From: an uncultured Gammaproteobacteria bacterium
GTDB taxonomy: Bacteria; Patescibacteriota; Patescibacteriia; UBA9934; CAMTUG01
NCBI GenBank assembly: GCA_964588955.1
Contig: CAZPQJ010000006.1
Coordinates: 3,580-67,579 of the forward strand
Reading direction: 5' to 3'
Length of the DNA: 64,000 nucleotides
Shown: positions 63,213 to 64,000 of the stretch, one piece after another
Layout of the letters: each line of letters opens with the position of its first letter
How positions within the stretch are numbered: position 1 is the stretch's first letter
Translations under genes and position numbers: made by a program
The notes under the pieces: generated by a model
Database searches by the model: none
The model's input: the letters and a program-made list of their open reading frames with translations, nothing else
What the model was told of the DNA's origin: nothing

Positions 63213-64000
63213 CTAGATCTGGGAGAATGACTGGAAGAAGGTGAAGTTCTCTTGAACGACCTGCCGTCGATGAACATCCTTGATCATGTCGGTGATCGGG
63301 TTCTCATTTTGGATGAGTTGCCAGATCGGTTCCGGCGCTCCAAGCTCGCCGACCGGAGCCATGTACCACTCTCCGACAGATCCGCGACCTTTCCAACGGA
63401 GGCGCTGGCCGTTTTCTTCGACAGCGAATTCAGCTTCCTGGTGCCACGGCGCAACGTCCGTCTTGAAGTGAGATTGCCAGATCACCGGCTGAGCCCGTTC
63501 AAGATCGCGTAGGAGGCTCGGCGCGTCGGGGCGGATGCCGGCTTCTCGCAGAATGGTGTGGAACAGATCGACGGTCGAGACCGGGGTCTGCACGGTTCGC
63601 GGGCTCAGGTTGGGGCCGAGGATCCACAGGGGGACACGGATGCAGGCATCACTCACGGTCTGCACGTGATAGGCGTCGCCTTGTTCGCCGTGGGCGTCAC
63701 CGTGATCGGAGCAGATGATCAGCAAAGTGTCTCCAGCCTCGTTGACCGTGTTGGCGAAGGTGTCGATCAACGATGCCAAACGTTTCCAGGCCACCTGCTG
63801 ACGGCACCGAAGTACGGAGAGCATGTCCGGAGTGATGGTCATGTGGTCGGTTTTCAACCATCCTTCGTCCACGAAGCGGAACAGCGCCTGAATTTCGCGA
63901 AGCTTGTCCACGAAGTTAGTGCTCACCGTGCCTTCGCCGAAGAGCAGGTTGGAGAGCGTGGTCTCGTGGGTGGTATGGTACGGAAAGTGTCCGTCCATTA
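63213..64000 (-). CDS. sulfatase / alkaline-phosphatase-superfamily protein, N-terminus beyond window edge
   Basis: LIICSDHGDAHGEQGDAYH is the C-proximal metal-binding SDHG motif of sulfatases. The N-terminal C/S-x-P-x-R region would lie beyond 64000. Confidence 0.5.
   Translation of the reverse strand, partial: MDGHFPYHTTHETTLSNLLFGEGTVSTNFVDKLREIQALFRFVDEGWLKTDHMTITPDMLSVLRCRQQVAWKRLASLIDTFANTVNEAGDTLLIICSDHGDAHGEQGDAYHVQTVSDACIRVPLWILGPNLSPRTVQTPVSTVDLFHTILREAGIRPDAPSLLRDLERAQPVIWQSHFKTDVAPWHQEAEFAVEENGQRLRWKGRGSVGEWYMAPVGELGAPEPIWQLIQNENPITDMIKDVHRRQVVQENFTFFQSFSQI

Overview
This 64-kb window looks like a fragment of a roughly 50% G+C bacterial chromosome with Candidate Phyla Radiation-like hallmarks, assigned from motifs I recognise rather than from database searches. 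Those hallmarks include an archaeal-type UMP kinase, an alpha2-type GlyRS, TrmB-type regulators, C39-like peptidase paralogs, a four-helix-bundle (23S-IVS-type) protein, thrombospondin-type-3 (TSP3) repeat proteins and a 3635-aa surface protein built from tandem ~112-aa repeats. Housekeeping genes present are xseA/xseB, pyrH, rplJ-rplL, mreB, holB, frr, glyQS, tpiA, pyrD, msrA, rpmG (51 aa, below the ORF-track cut-off, found by hand) and four tRNAs. Other genes and clusters include glycosyltransferases (GT2, GT4, a GT-C-like membrane enzyme) and a copper-handling cluster downstream of a tRNA-Thr. Five things stand out. (1) An AT-rich islet upstream of rplJ carries a C5-cytosine methyltransferase and an HNH endonuclease (a type II restriction-modification, RM, pair) next to a degenerate tRNA-like sequence. 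(2) A ~3-kb islet (about 22990-26250) looks markedly G+C-rich by eye. It holds seven small minus-strand genes, and two pairs of these genes have clearly paralogous palindrome-containing leader sequences. (3) A dispersed, modular AT-rich repeat family (motifs TAGAATTTAG and TTTGTTTGGACC) occurs as ~125-bp inverted repeats (IRs) that abut the start and stop codons of a GT4 gene. Shorter IRs of the same family bracket the four-helix-bundle gene, and a self-complementary copy sits between xseA and xseB. (4) A tRNA-Tyr/tRNA-Thr/rpmG/tRNA-Trp cluster is followed by an AT-rich insertion that encodes a ParB/Srx-like protein. (5) A ~120-nt layered stem-loop abuts tRNA-Thr(GGT). There is no CRISPR array. 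Several long ORFs are rejected as antisense artefacts.
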